Source: a virus. Taken from it: DNA of 31,189 nt. The translations under genes were made by a program, and so were the position numbers. Below are positions 6,886 to 14,522 of this stretch, piece after piece. The notes under the pieces were generated by a model. That model was not told the origin of the DNA. It worked only from the letters and a program-made list of their open reading frames with translations, and searched no databases. Location: IMG/VR virus record IMGVR_UViG_3300045988_105971, positions 1 to 31,189 of that record; one strand, written 5' to 3'. Each line of letters opens with the position of its first letter. Position 1 is the stretch's first letter.

Positions 6886-7690
6886 CGCGATAGTGCAGGC
6901 CCAGCCTCAGCTGACATTGGCCGAGCAGATGCAGTACGCGAACACGGTGTGCAAGGGGTCCCTTGTGCCGAAGGCGTACCAGAACAGCGCGGCGAACGTG
7001 CTGATCGCCATGGACTTCGGGCGCTCCATGGGGCTGTCCCCGGCAGAGAGCCTGTACAGAATCACGGTCATCAACGGCAAGCCAACTGCGAGCGCCGAGC
7101 TCATCGCCGCCAACGTCCGCCGCGCCGGGCACAAGCTTCGCGTCAAGAAGGACGAGCAGGCCAAGAAGGCCACGGTCGAGATCGTCCGAGCAGACGACCC
7201 CGACTACACGTTCAGCGTGACATGGGACATGGCCAAGGCGCAGCAGGCGCAGCTCAGCGGCAAGGAGAACTGGAAGAAGTACCCCATGGCCATGCTCACG
7301 GCGCGCGCCATCACGGAGTGCGCACGGGACGCGTGCCCCGAGGCGCTTTACGGAGTGGTCTACACGGGCGAGGAGATGGAGGGCGGCTTCGGCTCAGCCT
7401 CCGACGGCTACCAGGTGGAGGTGCTCGACGATCAGCCTCAGCCTACGCAGCCGCAGCAGCCCCAGCAGACGAAGGAGCAGTACCAGGCTGGGATCCAGCT
7501 CGGAGAGTGGCAGAGCCGCGCAGGCGCCGCCATGCGGCGCGCCAACGCGCTCGGCTTCCAGATCGCCGAGATAAAGGCGCAGGCCCGCGAGGAGTACGGC
7601 GTGGACATCGCCGACATGGGCGTGCCGCAGCTCCAGGCGTTCTGCGCGGAGCTGGAGGGCACCCTGGCGGCGTTCGAGGCGGCGGAATGA
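6878..7690 (+). CDS. recT: RecT-family single-strand annealing recombinase
   Basis: Motifs NVLIAMDFG..MGLSP..LYRITVINGKPT..SAELIAANVRRAGH...KYPMAMLTARAITECAR are characteristic of RecT. 270 aa. Confidence 0.75.
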   Translation: MGNAIVQAQPQLTLAEQMQYANTVCKGSLVPKAYQNSAANVLIAMDFGRSMGLSPAESLYRITVINGKPTASAELIAANVRRAGHKLRVKKDEQAKKATVEIVRADDPDYTFSVTWDMAKAQQAQLSGKENWKKYPMAMLTARAITECARDACPEALYGVVYTGEEMEGGFGSASDGYQVEVLDDQPQPTQPQQPQQTKEQYQAGIQLGEWQSRAGAAMRRANALGFQIAEIKAQAREEYGVDIADMGVPQLQAFCAELEGTLAAFEAAE

Positions 7691-7974
7691 CGGCGGTCGA
7701 CGGGCTACGCCCGGTAGAGGAGCTGCCGAGGCGCAACCTCGGGGAGAAGAAGGCCCGCATCCAGATGATGCTCTCGAGCTTTGTCGAGAGCGGCGAGGAC
7801 CTGTGCGAGGTCGTGATGGACTCGACGGGAGGGCCGCTGGAGGAGGGGCGTATCGAGCCGCTCCGCGGTTACATGTACAGGATTATCGCGGACGAGGGGC
7901 TGCCGGTGCGCACCCTCGTCCGCAAGGACGCAGAGGGTAGGCGCAGGCTCTACCTCGGAAAGGCAGGCAAATGA
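7687..7974 (+). CDS. Hypothetical protein (95 aa)
   Basis: ATG overlaps the RecT stop (ATGA). It is the only protein-like part of the long alternative-frame ORF 6949..7974. Confidence 0.45.
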   Translation: MTAVDGLRPVEELPRRNLGEKKARIQMMLSSFVESGEDLCEVVMDSTGGPLEEGRIEPLRGYMYRIIADEGLPVRTLVRKDAEGRRRLYLGKAGK

Positions 7975-8414
7975 GCATCAATCGAGTCGTGATCAGCGGA
8001 AACATCACCCGCGATCCAGAGCTTCGGAGCACACAGGGCGGCATGGCGATCCTGGGCTTCGGCGTAGCGGTCAACGACCGCCGCAAGAACCAGCAGACGG
8101 GGGAGTGGGAGGATTGCCCCAACTTCGTCGACTGCGTGATGTTCGGCACCCGCGCCAAGTCCGTCTCCCGCTTCCTTTCCAAGGGAAGCAAGGTGGCAAT
8201 CGAAGGCAAGCTCCGCTGGAGCCAGTGGGAGCGCGACGGGCAGAAGCGCAGCAAGATCGAGGTAATAGTGGACGAGATCGAGTTCATGACCAGCCGCGGC
8301 GACGGGCAGCAGGCCCCTGCGCCTCAGACCGCGCCAACCCAGCATCCGTACCAGCCGCCGATAGCGGCTCCCGTGGTGGATGAGTCCATCTACGACGACA
8401 ACATTCCCTTCTAG
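7971..8414 (+). CDS. ssb: Single-stranded DNA-binding protein
   Basis: OB-fold N-terminus (MSINRVVISGNITRDPELR...), Pro/Gln-rich linker and the canonical acidic C-terminal tip DDNIPF. Confidence 0.85.
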   Translation: MSINRVVISGNITRDPELRSTQGGMAILGFGVAVNDRRKNQQTGEWEDCPNFVDCVMFGTRAKSVSRFLSKGSKVAIEGKLRWSQWERDGQKRSKIEVIVDEIEFMTSRGDGQQAPAPQTAPTQHPYQPPIAAPVVDESIYDDNIPF

Positions 8415-8427
8415 GGCGGTGGCGGAT

Positions 8428-8640
8428 ATGCACATCAAGGAGGACCCCAGGTTCAAGGAGGCCGCACGCTGCCTGCTCGCCACATGGCTGGCACAGGACG
8501 CAGGGGAGCGCGCCGACGGCGATGCGGAGCGGTACAGGCACCTTGCGCACGTGCTGGAGTGCGAGTACGGAAAGACGTTCAAGGAGGTGGCGCACATGGT
8601 AAGCGCCAAGGCCCAGGAGAAGTACATGGAGGACGTTTGA
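8428..8640 (+). CDS. Hypothetical protein (70 aa)
   Basis: ATG at 8428 follows the SSB stop. Coding-like composition. Confidence 0.4.
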   Translation: MHIKEDPRFKEAARCLLATWLAQDAGERADGDAERYRHLAHVLECEYGKTFKEVAHMVSAKAQEKYMEDV

Positions 8641-8840
8641 TGCCGGTGTGCTACGGGCGCGGCGGCATCGAGTGGGACGGCGTTGCGAAGCACGTGGAGC
8701 AGGACGAGCCCAAGGAGCTGCCGATGGGCGCCAGGCACGGCACCGAGATCGCCTACAGGGTATACGGCTGCCGGTGCCGCAAGTGCGCCAGCAGGCGCGC
8801 GAGGGACGCGATGGAGGTGAAGGGGCATGGAAGAGCTTGA
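8640..8840 (+). CDS. Hypothetical Cys-containing small protein (66 aa)
   Basis: Start overlaps the upstream stop (TGATG). Contains CYGRGG...CRCRKC. Confidence 0.4.
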   Translation: MPVCYGRGGIEWDGVAKHVEQDEPKELPMGARHGTEIAYRVYGCRCRKCASRRARDAMEVKGHGRA

Positions 8841-9138
8841 CGGCGCGGGCAACGACCTGGGTGGCAGCGAGCCGTTCAGGTTCGGCGCAGGAGACAAGCA
8901 GCCGCAGAACTTCACGTGGTACGAGAGCTTCACCGAGGCGATGCTGGAGCTTCCCACCAGGGACGAGCAGGTGCGCTTCGTCTTCGGGCTCATAGGCTAC
9001 GGCGCGTTCGACGTGGACCCGATGTTCGCCACCCCCAGCCTGCGCATGGCGTTCAGGTTGGTGAGGCCCATCATCGACACGAACCGCAAGAAGATAAACG
9101 GCGGCAGGAAGGGCGGCAGGCCCTCCAAGAAACCATAG
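8827..9138 (+). CDS. Hypothetical protein, paralog A of a pair flanking the origin (C-terminal ...NGGRKGGRPSKKP)
   Basis: 103 aa. Its C-terminus overlaps the first aaccatagg iteron. It shares a Gly-Gly-Arg-Pro basic tail with the 9319..9585 product. Confidence 0.5.
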   Translation: MEELDGAGNDLGGSEPFRFGAGDKQPQNFTWYESFTEAMLELPTRDEQVRFVFGLIGYGAFDVDPMFATPSLRMAFRLVRPIIDTNRKKINGGRKGGRPSKKP

Positions 9139-9255
9139 GTTTTAACCATAGGTTTCTCTGTTGGTTTTAACCATAGGTTTCTCTGTTGGTTTTAACCATA
9201 TGGAAAACCATAGGTTGAAAGCAATTTAAAGGTAAAGGTAAAGGCAAAGGTAAAG
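9127..9255. repeat. Putative replication origin: iterons (aaccatagg x4; 25-bp unit ggttttaaccataggtttctctgtt x2 plus a palindromic third copy) followed by (a)aaggt pentamer tract
   Basis: Units at 9138-9162 and 9163-9187 are identical. A variant at 9188-9222 contains the palindrome ccatatgg. aaaggtaaaggtaaaggcaaaggtaaag lies at 9228-9255. The region is the most AT-rich in the window and sits between paralogous genes. Confidence 0.55.
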
Positions 9256-9318
9256 ATACCCGCCGAAAATTGTGGATAACTCGCCCTAGCCGGAGCCTGG
9301 AAATCGGAAGGAAAAGCA

Positions 9319-9585
9319 ATGGACATAAGGACCGACATCAACCCTCCCAGCTTCACGTTCGGGAGGAGCTTCTGGGAAGCGGGCCAGAGGCTCGGAGATG
9401 AGGACCGCCTGAGGTTCTACGACGGGTTGTGCGAGGTCGCCTTCGAACGCCGCATGCCCGAGCCTCCCGCAGAAGGCGAGCTTGATGCGCTCTCCGTGGC
9501 CTTCGCGCTCGCGCTGCCAACGGTCGAGCAGAGCTGCGCCAAGAACGCGGGCGGGCACCGCGGCGGCCGTCCTGCGAGGTCGTAG
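9319..9585 (+). CDS. Hypothetical protein, paralog B (C-terminal ...NAGGHRGGRPARS)
   Basis: 88 aa. Shares the Gly/Arg-rich C-terminal tail and an internal aromatic block with the 8827..9138 product. Confidence 0.5.
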   Translation: MDIRTDINPPSFTFGRSFWEAGQRLGDEDRLRFYDGLCEVAFERRMPEPPAEGELDALSVAFALALPTVEQSCAKNAGGHRGGRPARS

Positions 9586-9587
9586 CC

Positions 9588-9821
9588 ATGGAACCTCACA
9601 TCCAGGCCGAGTGCTACTGGAGCGAGCTGCAGCAGCTCCGCATCAAGGTGCTGAAGGCCGTCACGTGCAAGGAGTGCGACCACTGCCGCGCATGGCAGGC
9701 GAGGGCGAACGGGGGCAGCGTCCCCGTCGGCTTCTGCATGCGCTGCGAGTCTCCACTCAACGCAGAGGACCTTCGCACGAGTCAGTGGGACATGTGCGGG
9801 GACGAGCTGATCGATGAGTAG
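9588..9821 (+). CDS. Small Cys-rich (zinc-ribbon-like) protein
   Basis: 77 aa with CKECDHC ... CMRCES ... MCG. Confidence 0.5.
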   Translation: MEPHIQAECYWSELQQLRIKVLKAVTCKECDHCRAWQARANGGSVPVGFCMRCESPLNAEDLRTSQWDMCGDELIDE

Positions 9822-9931
9822 AGCGACTGTGAGCCGATCTGTGACGCGCAAAGCCGCGACACGGGCAAGCGGAGCGGAATCGGGAGGAAACGGCCCCAGG
9901 AGGGCACGAGAGGAAGCGAGAGGAGCATCCA

Positions 9932-10261
9932 ATGACTAAGCGGAAGGACGCAGAGGATTGGCTGGAATGGGCGCAGAGCAAGTACGACGAGGCGCAGGAG
10001 CGGTTCGCTTGGATGGAGCGCCCGCGAAGCGACACCATGGACTCTTACAGCACGCTCATCTCATTGATCGAGAGCGGCATGGCATCGCGGGCGAAGGAGA
10101 AGGCCGATGCCCAGAAGGAGCGCACGGCGATCGAGCCGATGATGAAGCCGCTGATGGAACTCGCCGAGCAGATGGAGACGCTTGGCAAAGGCGGGTTCAG
10201 CTACAACCCCAGCGGCATGGTGGAGGCTGCTCGCACGATCAAGGCGGTGCTCTGCCGATGA
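9932..10261 (+). CDS. Hypothetical protein (109 aa)
   Basis: Purine-rich RBS region upstream. Stop overlaps the next start (ATGA). Confidence 0.5.
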   Translation: MTKRKDAEDWLEWAQSKYDEAQERFAWMERPRSDTMDSYSTLISLIESGMASRAKEKADAQKERTAIEPMMKPLMELAEQMETLGKGGFSYNPSGMVEAARTIKAVLCR

Positions 10262-10665
10262 GCACGGGAATCGCAGCAAAGGCGTTCGCGAAGATGCTTC
10301 GCGACCATCCGGTGACGGACATGCACAGGGAGGACTGCCGGGGTTGCGGCGAGTGCTGCGGAAGGTTCCTGCCGCTCACGCCAGCCGACAGGGTGCGCCT
10401 TATGGCCTATGTCCGCAGCCACGGCGTCAAGCCGCACCCGGAGCCTAGGGGCATCGTCGACCTGACGTGCCCGTACCTAAGCAGGGAGCGCGAGTGCATG
10501 GTCTACGAGGCGAGGCCAGAGATTTGCAGGGGCTACAGCTGCAGCAAGCATGCTTCGGGAGAGCTTTTTGTCGACGTTCAGCTGCTGAAGAGCCTCTCTA
10601 CGGCTGTTGACGTTGACATGAGATTGCTTGCAGAAGCGATAGAGGAAGGACAGACATGGAAGTGA
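10258..10665 (+). CDS. YkgJ-family Cys-cluster protein (CxxCxxCC zinc/iron-chelating domain)
   Basis: CRGCGECCGRFLPLT ... CPYL...ECMVYEARPEICRGYSC matches the UPF0153/YkgJ pattern. Confidence 0.65.
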   Translation: MSTGIAAKAFAKMLRDHPVTDMHREDCRGCGECCGRFLPLTPADRVRLMAYVRSHGVKPHPEPRGIVDLTCPYLSRERECMVYEARPEICRGYSCSKHASGELFVDVQLLKSLSTAVDVDMRLLAEAIEEGQTWK

Positions 10666-11117
10666 AGGTAATAGCGATCAAGCAGATGATGCCAGAAAGG
10701 CAGCATTCAGACGATGCGGGGGCAGACTTGAAGGCCGACCGCCCATGCCGAATCGCCCCAGGCACCACGCGGATGGTCTTCACGGGCACCCGTTGGGAGA
10801 TCCCGCGCGGATACGTGGGGTTGGTGTTCGCCCGCAGCAGCCTTGCGGTGAAGAAGGGCCTGATGCTCACGAACGGCGTCGCAGTGATCGACCCGGGCTA
10901 CCAGGGCGAGGTTCTGGTCCCGCTGTTCAACGCCACGGGCACTTTCGTCACCATCGATGAGGGCGAGCGCATCGCCCAGATGGTGATTGTGCCGATCGTC
11001 ACGCCCGAGCTGGTGCGTGTCGGTCATTTCGACGAGCCGTCTGAGCGCGGCGATGGCGGCTTCGGCTCCACTGGCAAGTGGGGCGAGCTTTACGACGAGA
11101 TGAAAACGGAGGGGTAA
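10656..11117 (+). CDS. dut: dUTP diphosphatase (dUTPase)
   Basis: All five trimeric dUTPase motifs are present: AGADL, ARSSLAVKKG, GVIDPGYQGE, GERIAQMV, RGDGGFGSTG. Confidence 0.9.
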   Translation: MEVKVIAIKQMMPERQHSDDAGADLKADRPCRIAPGTTRMVFTGTRWEIPRGYVGLVFARSSLAVKKGLMLTNGVAVIDPGYQGEVLVPLFNATGTFVTIDEGERIAQMVIVPIVTPELVRVGHFDEPSERGDGGFGSTGKWGELYDEMKTEG

Positions 11118-11120
11118 GCG

Positions 11121-11747
11121 ATGAAGTACGAGCTGTTCCAGGCAAGCGCAGTGAAGGCGTTCGGCCACTGCCGAGACATAAAAGCCATGGTCTCCGACAT
11201 GCAGGGAGTTCTGTCTGTGGTGCCTGCCATGGTGCGCAAGAACGAGCGCCTGGATCGAGAGAGAGCCGAGCTGAAGCAGGAGAACGCGGCGCTGAAGGCG
11301 GAGCTAGACGACTGGAAGGGCAACGCCGAGGGCTTCGAGCCAGATGCGTACATGAGGCTTTCTCTCGATGCGGACGGCGTGCCGATTCGAATCGGCGATG
11401 AATCGGAGGTCGATGGCGACGCCATGACCGTGCTCGGTTATCGCTTCCACAACGACATGCTGCTCATTATCGCAAAGGACAAGGAAAGTGGCCTCGTCTT
11501 CACTCCCAGGCCATCGGGAGTCCGCCATTTCAGGCCCGAGCCGCCCGACAGTTGGGAGAAGTTGGAAGAGGATGTGTCGAAAAACCCATGCTCCTACTTT
11601 GGGAAGCTCGAAGACCAAAACGTCTCCTGCTTAGCATGCCCACACGGCCACAATACAACAGGCCGAAACTGCGGGGAGAACATGAATCTCGACCTCATAG
11701 AGCGCGCCAAGAAGCTCGCAGGAATCGAAGAGCAGGAGGGCGAGTGA
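11121..11747 (+). CDS. Hypothetical protein with coiled coil and C-terminal Cys/His cluster (paralog family 1)
   Basis: 208 aa. Shares a PPDSW(E/D)KL block and an N-terminal DADG..I block with the next gene. Confidence 0.55.
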   Translation: MKYELFQASAVKAFGHCRDIKAMVSDMQGVLSVVPAMVRKNERLDRERAELKQENAALKAELDDWKGNAEGFEPDAYMRLSLDADGVPIRIGDESEVDGDAMTVLGYRFHNDMLLIIAKDKESGLVFTPRPSGVRHFRPEPPDSWEKLEEDVSKNPCSYFGKLEDQNVSCLACPHGHNTTGRNCGENMNLDLIERAKKLAGIEEQEGE

Positions 11748-12154
11748 TGATGGAAGAGAGCAAGAAGCCAGCGGTCACGCTGCCGATGGACGCCGATGGG
11801 CGCAGCATACCGCTCGACACCGAGGTGCTGTACTCGGGCCCTGACAAGGTGAAGGTGCTCTCTTTCTCCTACTACCCGCTTGCCGACTACTGGACGGTCG
11901 ATCATTCCAGGAGCGACTCTTGCAGCAAGCGATGCCTGTCAACCGAACTTCGCCTTTCTCCGCCCGACAGCTGGGACAAGCTGCTCGGAGACCTGGATAG
12001 GGCGACAAATTGTGAGATTTCGGCATGCTGTTACGCAAGCAATGCTGAAGAACCCTGCAAAAGCTGCAAATTCAATAGGTGGAGTAACTGCGTAGGCCAT
12101 ATCTTCGCGGACATCGCGGACAGGATCCGCACGTTGAGAGGAAAGGAGCAATGA
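11747..12154 (+). CDS. Hypothetical Cys-rich protein (paralog family 1)
   Basis: 135 aa. PPDSWDKLLGDLDRATNCEISACCY...CKSCKF. Confidence 0.5.
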   Translation: MMEESKKPAVTLPMDADGRSIPLDTEVLYSGPDKVKVLSFSYYPLADYWTVDHSRSDSCSKRCLSTELRLSPPDSWDKLLGDLDRATNCEISACCYASNAEEPCKSCKFNRWSNCVGHIFADIADRIRTLRGKEQ

Positions 12155-12504
12155 TGGTCACCGATGAAGAGCGCCGAGAGGTTGTGCGAAAGCTGCGCTT
12201 CCAACTTGGTTTCATGCGGATAAAGGATGAGCAGTACGCGAAGGATGCCGACCCGATGAAACTGGGGAACGCGGCGTACCGCAACATCGCATGGTCGGTG
12301 ACCGAGTTAGGCAACGCATCCAAAGGCAATTACATCAGCATCGTTAAAAGACTCGCTGATCTGATAGACCGCCCGACCACCACGCTTATCGAAGACGAGG
12401 ACGGGCGCACCTGCTGCGCAAACTGCGGATGCGCCGCACTGTCTATGTCTGATGCCGCCTATTGCCCAGACTGCGGCGCGGAGGTGGTTGGCGATGAAGA
12501 TTAG
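12151..12504 (+). CDS. Small zinc-ribbon protein (paralog family 2)
   Basis: 117 aa. Shares EERREV, RLADLIDRP and a C-terminal CxxCG...YCPDCGAEVV with the next gene. Confidence 0.55.
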   Translation: MMVTDEERREVVRKLRFQLGFMRIKDEQYAKDADPMKLGNAAYRNIAWSVTELGNASKGNYISIVKRLADLIDRPTTTLIEDEDGRTCCANCGCAALSMSDAAYCPDCGAEVVGDED

Positions 12505-12859
12505 CAACGAGGAGCGCCGTGAGGTTGCCGCCCTTCTTCGGAAGGAAGCAGATGGCTGGGCTGAGGATTGTCCCGATACCGTCACCTGCGAATCTTACGA
12601 TTGCTACGAGTTCATATTGAACATCGCTGATTCGGCAGACATAGACCTCAGCAAGCCGCCAAGCATGTTGTTCGACCGTCTTGCCGACCTGATTGACCGT
12701 CCAAAGTGCCAAAACATCTACGACGAGTCCAAGGATGGAGCTTGCGAGAACGGCTTTGAGTGCTCCGAGTGCGGAAACGTCGTTGAGGATTACGAAGGTT
12801 TTCGCATAAGTGGAGAGTTCAATTACTGCTCCAAATGCGGCGCGGAGGTGGTCGAATGA
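12494..12859 (+). CDS. Small zinc-ribbon protein (paralog family 2)
   Basis: 121 aa. EERREV, RLADLIDRP, CSECG...YCSKCGAEVV. Confidence 0.55.
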   Translation: MKISNEERREVAALLRKEADGWAEDCPDTVTCESYDCYEFILNIADSADIDLSKPPSMLFDRLADLIDRPKCQNIYDESKDGACENGFECSECGNVVEDYEGFRISGEFNYCSKCGAEVVE

Positions 12860-13245
12860 GCGGCGAGATTCTGCCGACATGCACCCATTGCCATGCACCG
12901 GCGAGAGAGAAGCGGATTTCGAAGTTATACGGCTACGATATTACGCTCTGCCCTGCTTGCGATCGGAGGTTCGGCGCCCTTGTCGATTGGGACAACGAGC
13001 AGCTGCTTGAGGATAAGGCAACTTGCCCATATTGCGGTTACGAGGACTATGACAGTTGGGAATATGAGGAAGGGCATCAGGTGGCCGAATGCCCAAGCTG
13101 CGGCAGGGAGTTCGAGCTAGAGGTCGTCGTTGACGTCAAGTACACGAGCAGTCGCCGCAGCGAGGACATGCCGGACGACTACATGTACATGAGCCTAGAA
13201 GAGAGGTTCGCATACGCCGAAAAGCTTGCGGAGGTTGTCGAATGA
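12856..13245 (+). CDS. Double zinc-ribbon protein
   Basis: 129 aa with CTHC...CPAC and CPYCG...CPSCG. Confidence 0.55.
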   Translation: MSGEILPTCTHCHAPAREKRISKLYGYDITLCPACDRRFGALVDWDNEQLLEDKATCPYCGYEDYDSWEYEEGHQVAECPSCGREFELEVVVDVKYTSSRRSEDMPDDYMYMSLEERFAYAEKLAEVVE

Positions 13246-13412
13246 AGATGTACAAGTGCGACCGCTGCGGGAAAGGTCCTATCAGGCTGAACGGGTCCCT
13301 CCTTTTCACGCAAGGCTGAAAAATGAGGGACCTGGACCTTTGCCCCGACTGCCTGAAGAGCTTCAAGCGCTGGCTGAATGGCAAGGAAGAGGAGCAGGAG
13401 GGGCAGGAATGA
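13242..13412 (+). pseudogene. Zinc-ribbon ORF interrupted by an in-frame TGA (13317-13319): halves 13242..13319 and 13323..13412
   Basis: MKMYKCDRCGKG...TQG, then stop, then K-MRDLDLCPDCLKSFKRWL. Each half carries one CxxC, so a four-Cys ribbon needs both halves. Both lie in the same frame. Confidence 0.35.
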
Positions 13413-13573
13413 GTAACGGCGCTCATGACGCAATGAGCCTCATCGTGAACATTCTCATGGAGGTCATGATGCTTGGTGGTTTGTTCTGCCGCGACATCTG
13501 CGTCGTGGCGTTCGCTGGCTTCACCTTGGTAATGCTTGCCATCGAGAGCTTTGAAAGGGAGATAAGGCGATGA
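13409..13573 (+). CDS. Small membrane protein (54 aa)
   Basis: Hydrophobic helices LIVNILMEVMMLGGLF and VVAFAGFTLVMLAI. Stop overlaps the next ATG. Confidence 0.4.
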   Translation: MSNGAHDAMSLIVNILMEVMMLGGLFCRDICVVAFAGFTLVMLAIESFEREIRR

Positions 13574-13872
13574 ACCGTATCAGCGAAGAACGCCGTCTGC
13601 TTTCCATCCCTGAGGTCTTTGCCGTGATCTGCTGCATGCTGCTACCCGTGGCCCTCATTGGGACCATGGTCGGGTTCCGCCTGGGTGTCGGGACGCATTA
13701 CAACGACGAGGATATGGCGAGGCTTGCCCTGGTGGAGGAGTTCCATTGCTGCAGCTGCGGGGACTCGTTCCTTGCCGAGGTCGGCACGTACTGCCCAGAA
13801 TGCGGCTCCAGGGCTTCGGGAGCAGGCACGAGCGGCGCGCTCCCTGGGAGTGACCTTTTCCATACAACCTAA
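13570..13872 (+). CDS. Membrane protein with C-terminal zinc ribbon
   Basis: 100 aa with TM VFAVICCMLLPVALIGTMVGF and CCSCG...YCPECG. Confidence 0.5.
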   Translation: MNRISEERRLLSIPEVFAVICCMLLPVALIGTMVGFRLGVGTHYNDEDMARLALVEEFHCCSCGDSFLAEVGTYCPECGSRASGAGTSGALPGSDLFHTT

Positions 13873-13948
13873 TAGCCGTGATTCACGGAACCCTTCTCGG
13901 AAGCGGTGCGGCGCAAGCTGCGCCGCTTCTGCGTTTACTGAGCGATGG

Positions 13949-14492
13949 ATGGAGGAGCCGATGCCCAAGCAGGAATACAGCGAGTTTGTGGAGAAGTTCA
14001 AGCCGAAGTCGACGACGGACGACTGTTACACGCCCGAGCCGGTTCTTCACCGCGAGCGAGCAGCCAGTGACCTACCTGGCGTGCGGATGCGACGTCACGT
14101 ACGGCAACGGCGCGAAGATCAGCACCAGCTTCATCACGAACATGGAGCCGTCGGAAGTCCGCGCCAAGTCGGCGCCTGGCCTGCGCGCCATGGTCCAGTC
14201 CGCAGCCGATGCCGCGGCTAAGGCGGGGAAGAGGAAAGTCCGCAAGCTCGACCTCCCCGTCGAGGTCGTCACCGCCGCGAGGCTCGCGTACCTGGCGAAG
14301 AACGGCGTCGAGCTGACGGTGATGCGCGGCGAGAGCGTGAGGGTGTCGAGGCTCGACAACGATTCAGGAAGCGGGATCTTCGGGGGTGGGTTCCTGATCT
14401 CGGAACGTGCGGCGGCGGAACGTGCGGCGGCGGAACGGATCGCCCTGTCCCCCAGGGAGGTTGGGATCGTGCGCTCCCTGGACGCTTCGTAG
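13949..14492 (+). CDS. Hypothetical protein upstream of terminase with apparent frameshift near 14040-14050 (possible degenerate small-terminase or other packaging-associated gene)
   Basis: Protein-like sequence runs MEEPMPKQEYSEFVEKFKPKSTTDDCYTPEPV (frame of ORF 13658..14221), then continues protein-like only in the frame of ORF 13878..14492 (...TASEQPVTYLACGCDVTYGNGAKI...). The other frame segments are Arg/Ser-rich junk. Confidence 0.4.
14401..14438. repeat. Tandem repeat cggaacgtgcggcgg x2.5 (encodes ERAAAERAAAER)
   Basis: Two exact 15-bp copies plus a partial third, inside the gene upstream of terL. Candidate pac-region repeat. Confidence 0.6.
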
Positions 14493-14522
14493 GCGCGTGA
14501 CCTTTGCCGCAACATCGGCGGC

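Noticed and set aside
9138-9222. Short tandem repeats that could be mistaken for a CRISPR array
   Set aside because: Only 2-3 contiguous units with no unique spacers, in an AT-rich island between replication-type genes. These are better explained as origin iterons.
13317-13319. Selenocysteine insertion at the in-frame TGA
   Set aside because: No SECIS-like hairpin lies immediately downstream, and TGA is used as a normal stop throughout the genome. A nonsense mutation, sequencing error or low-level readthrough is more likely.
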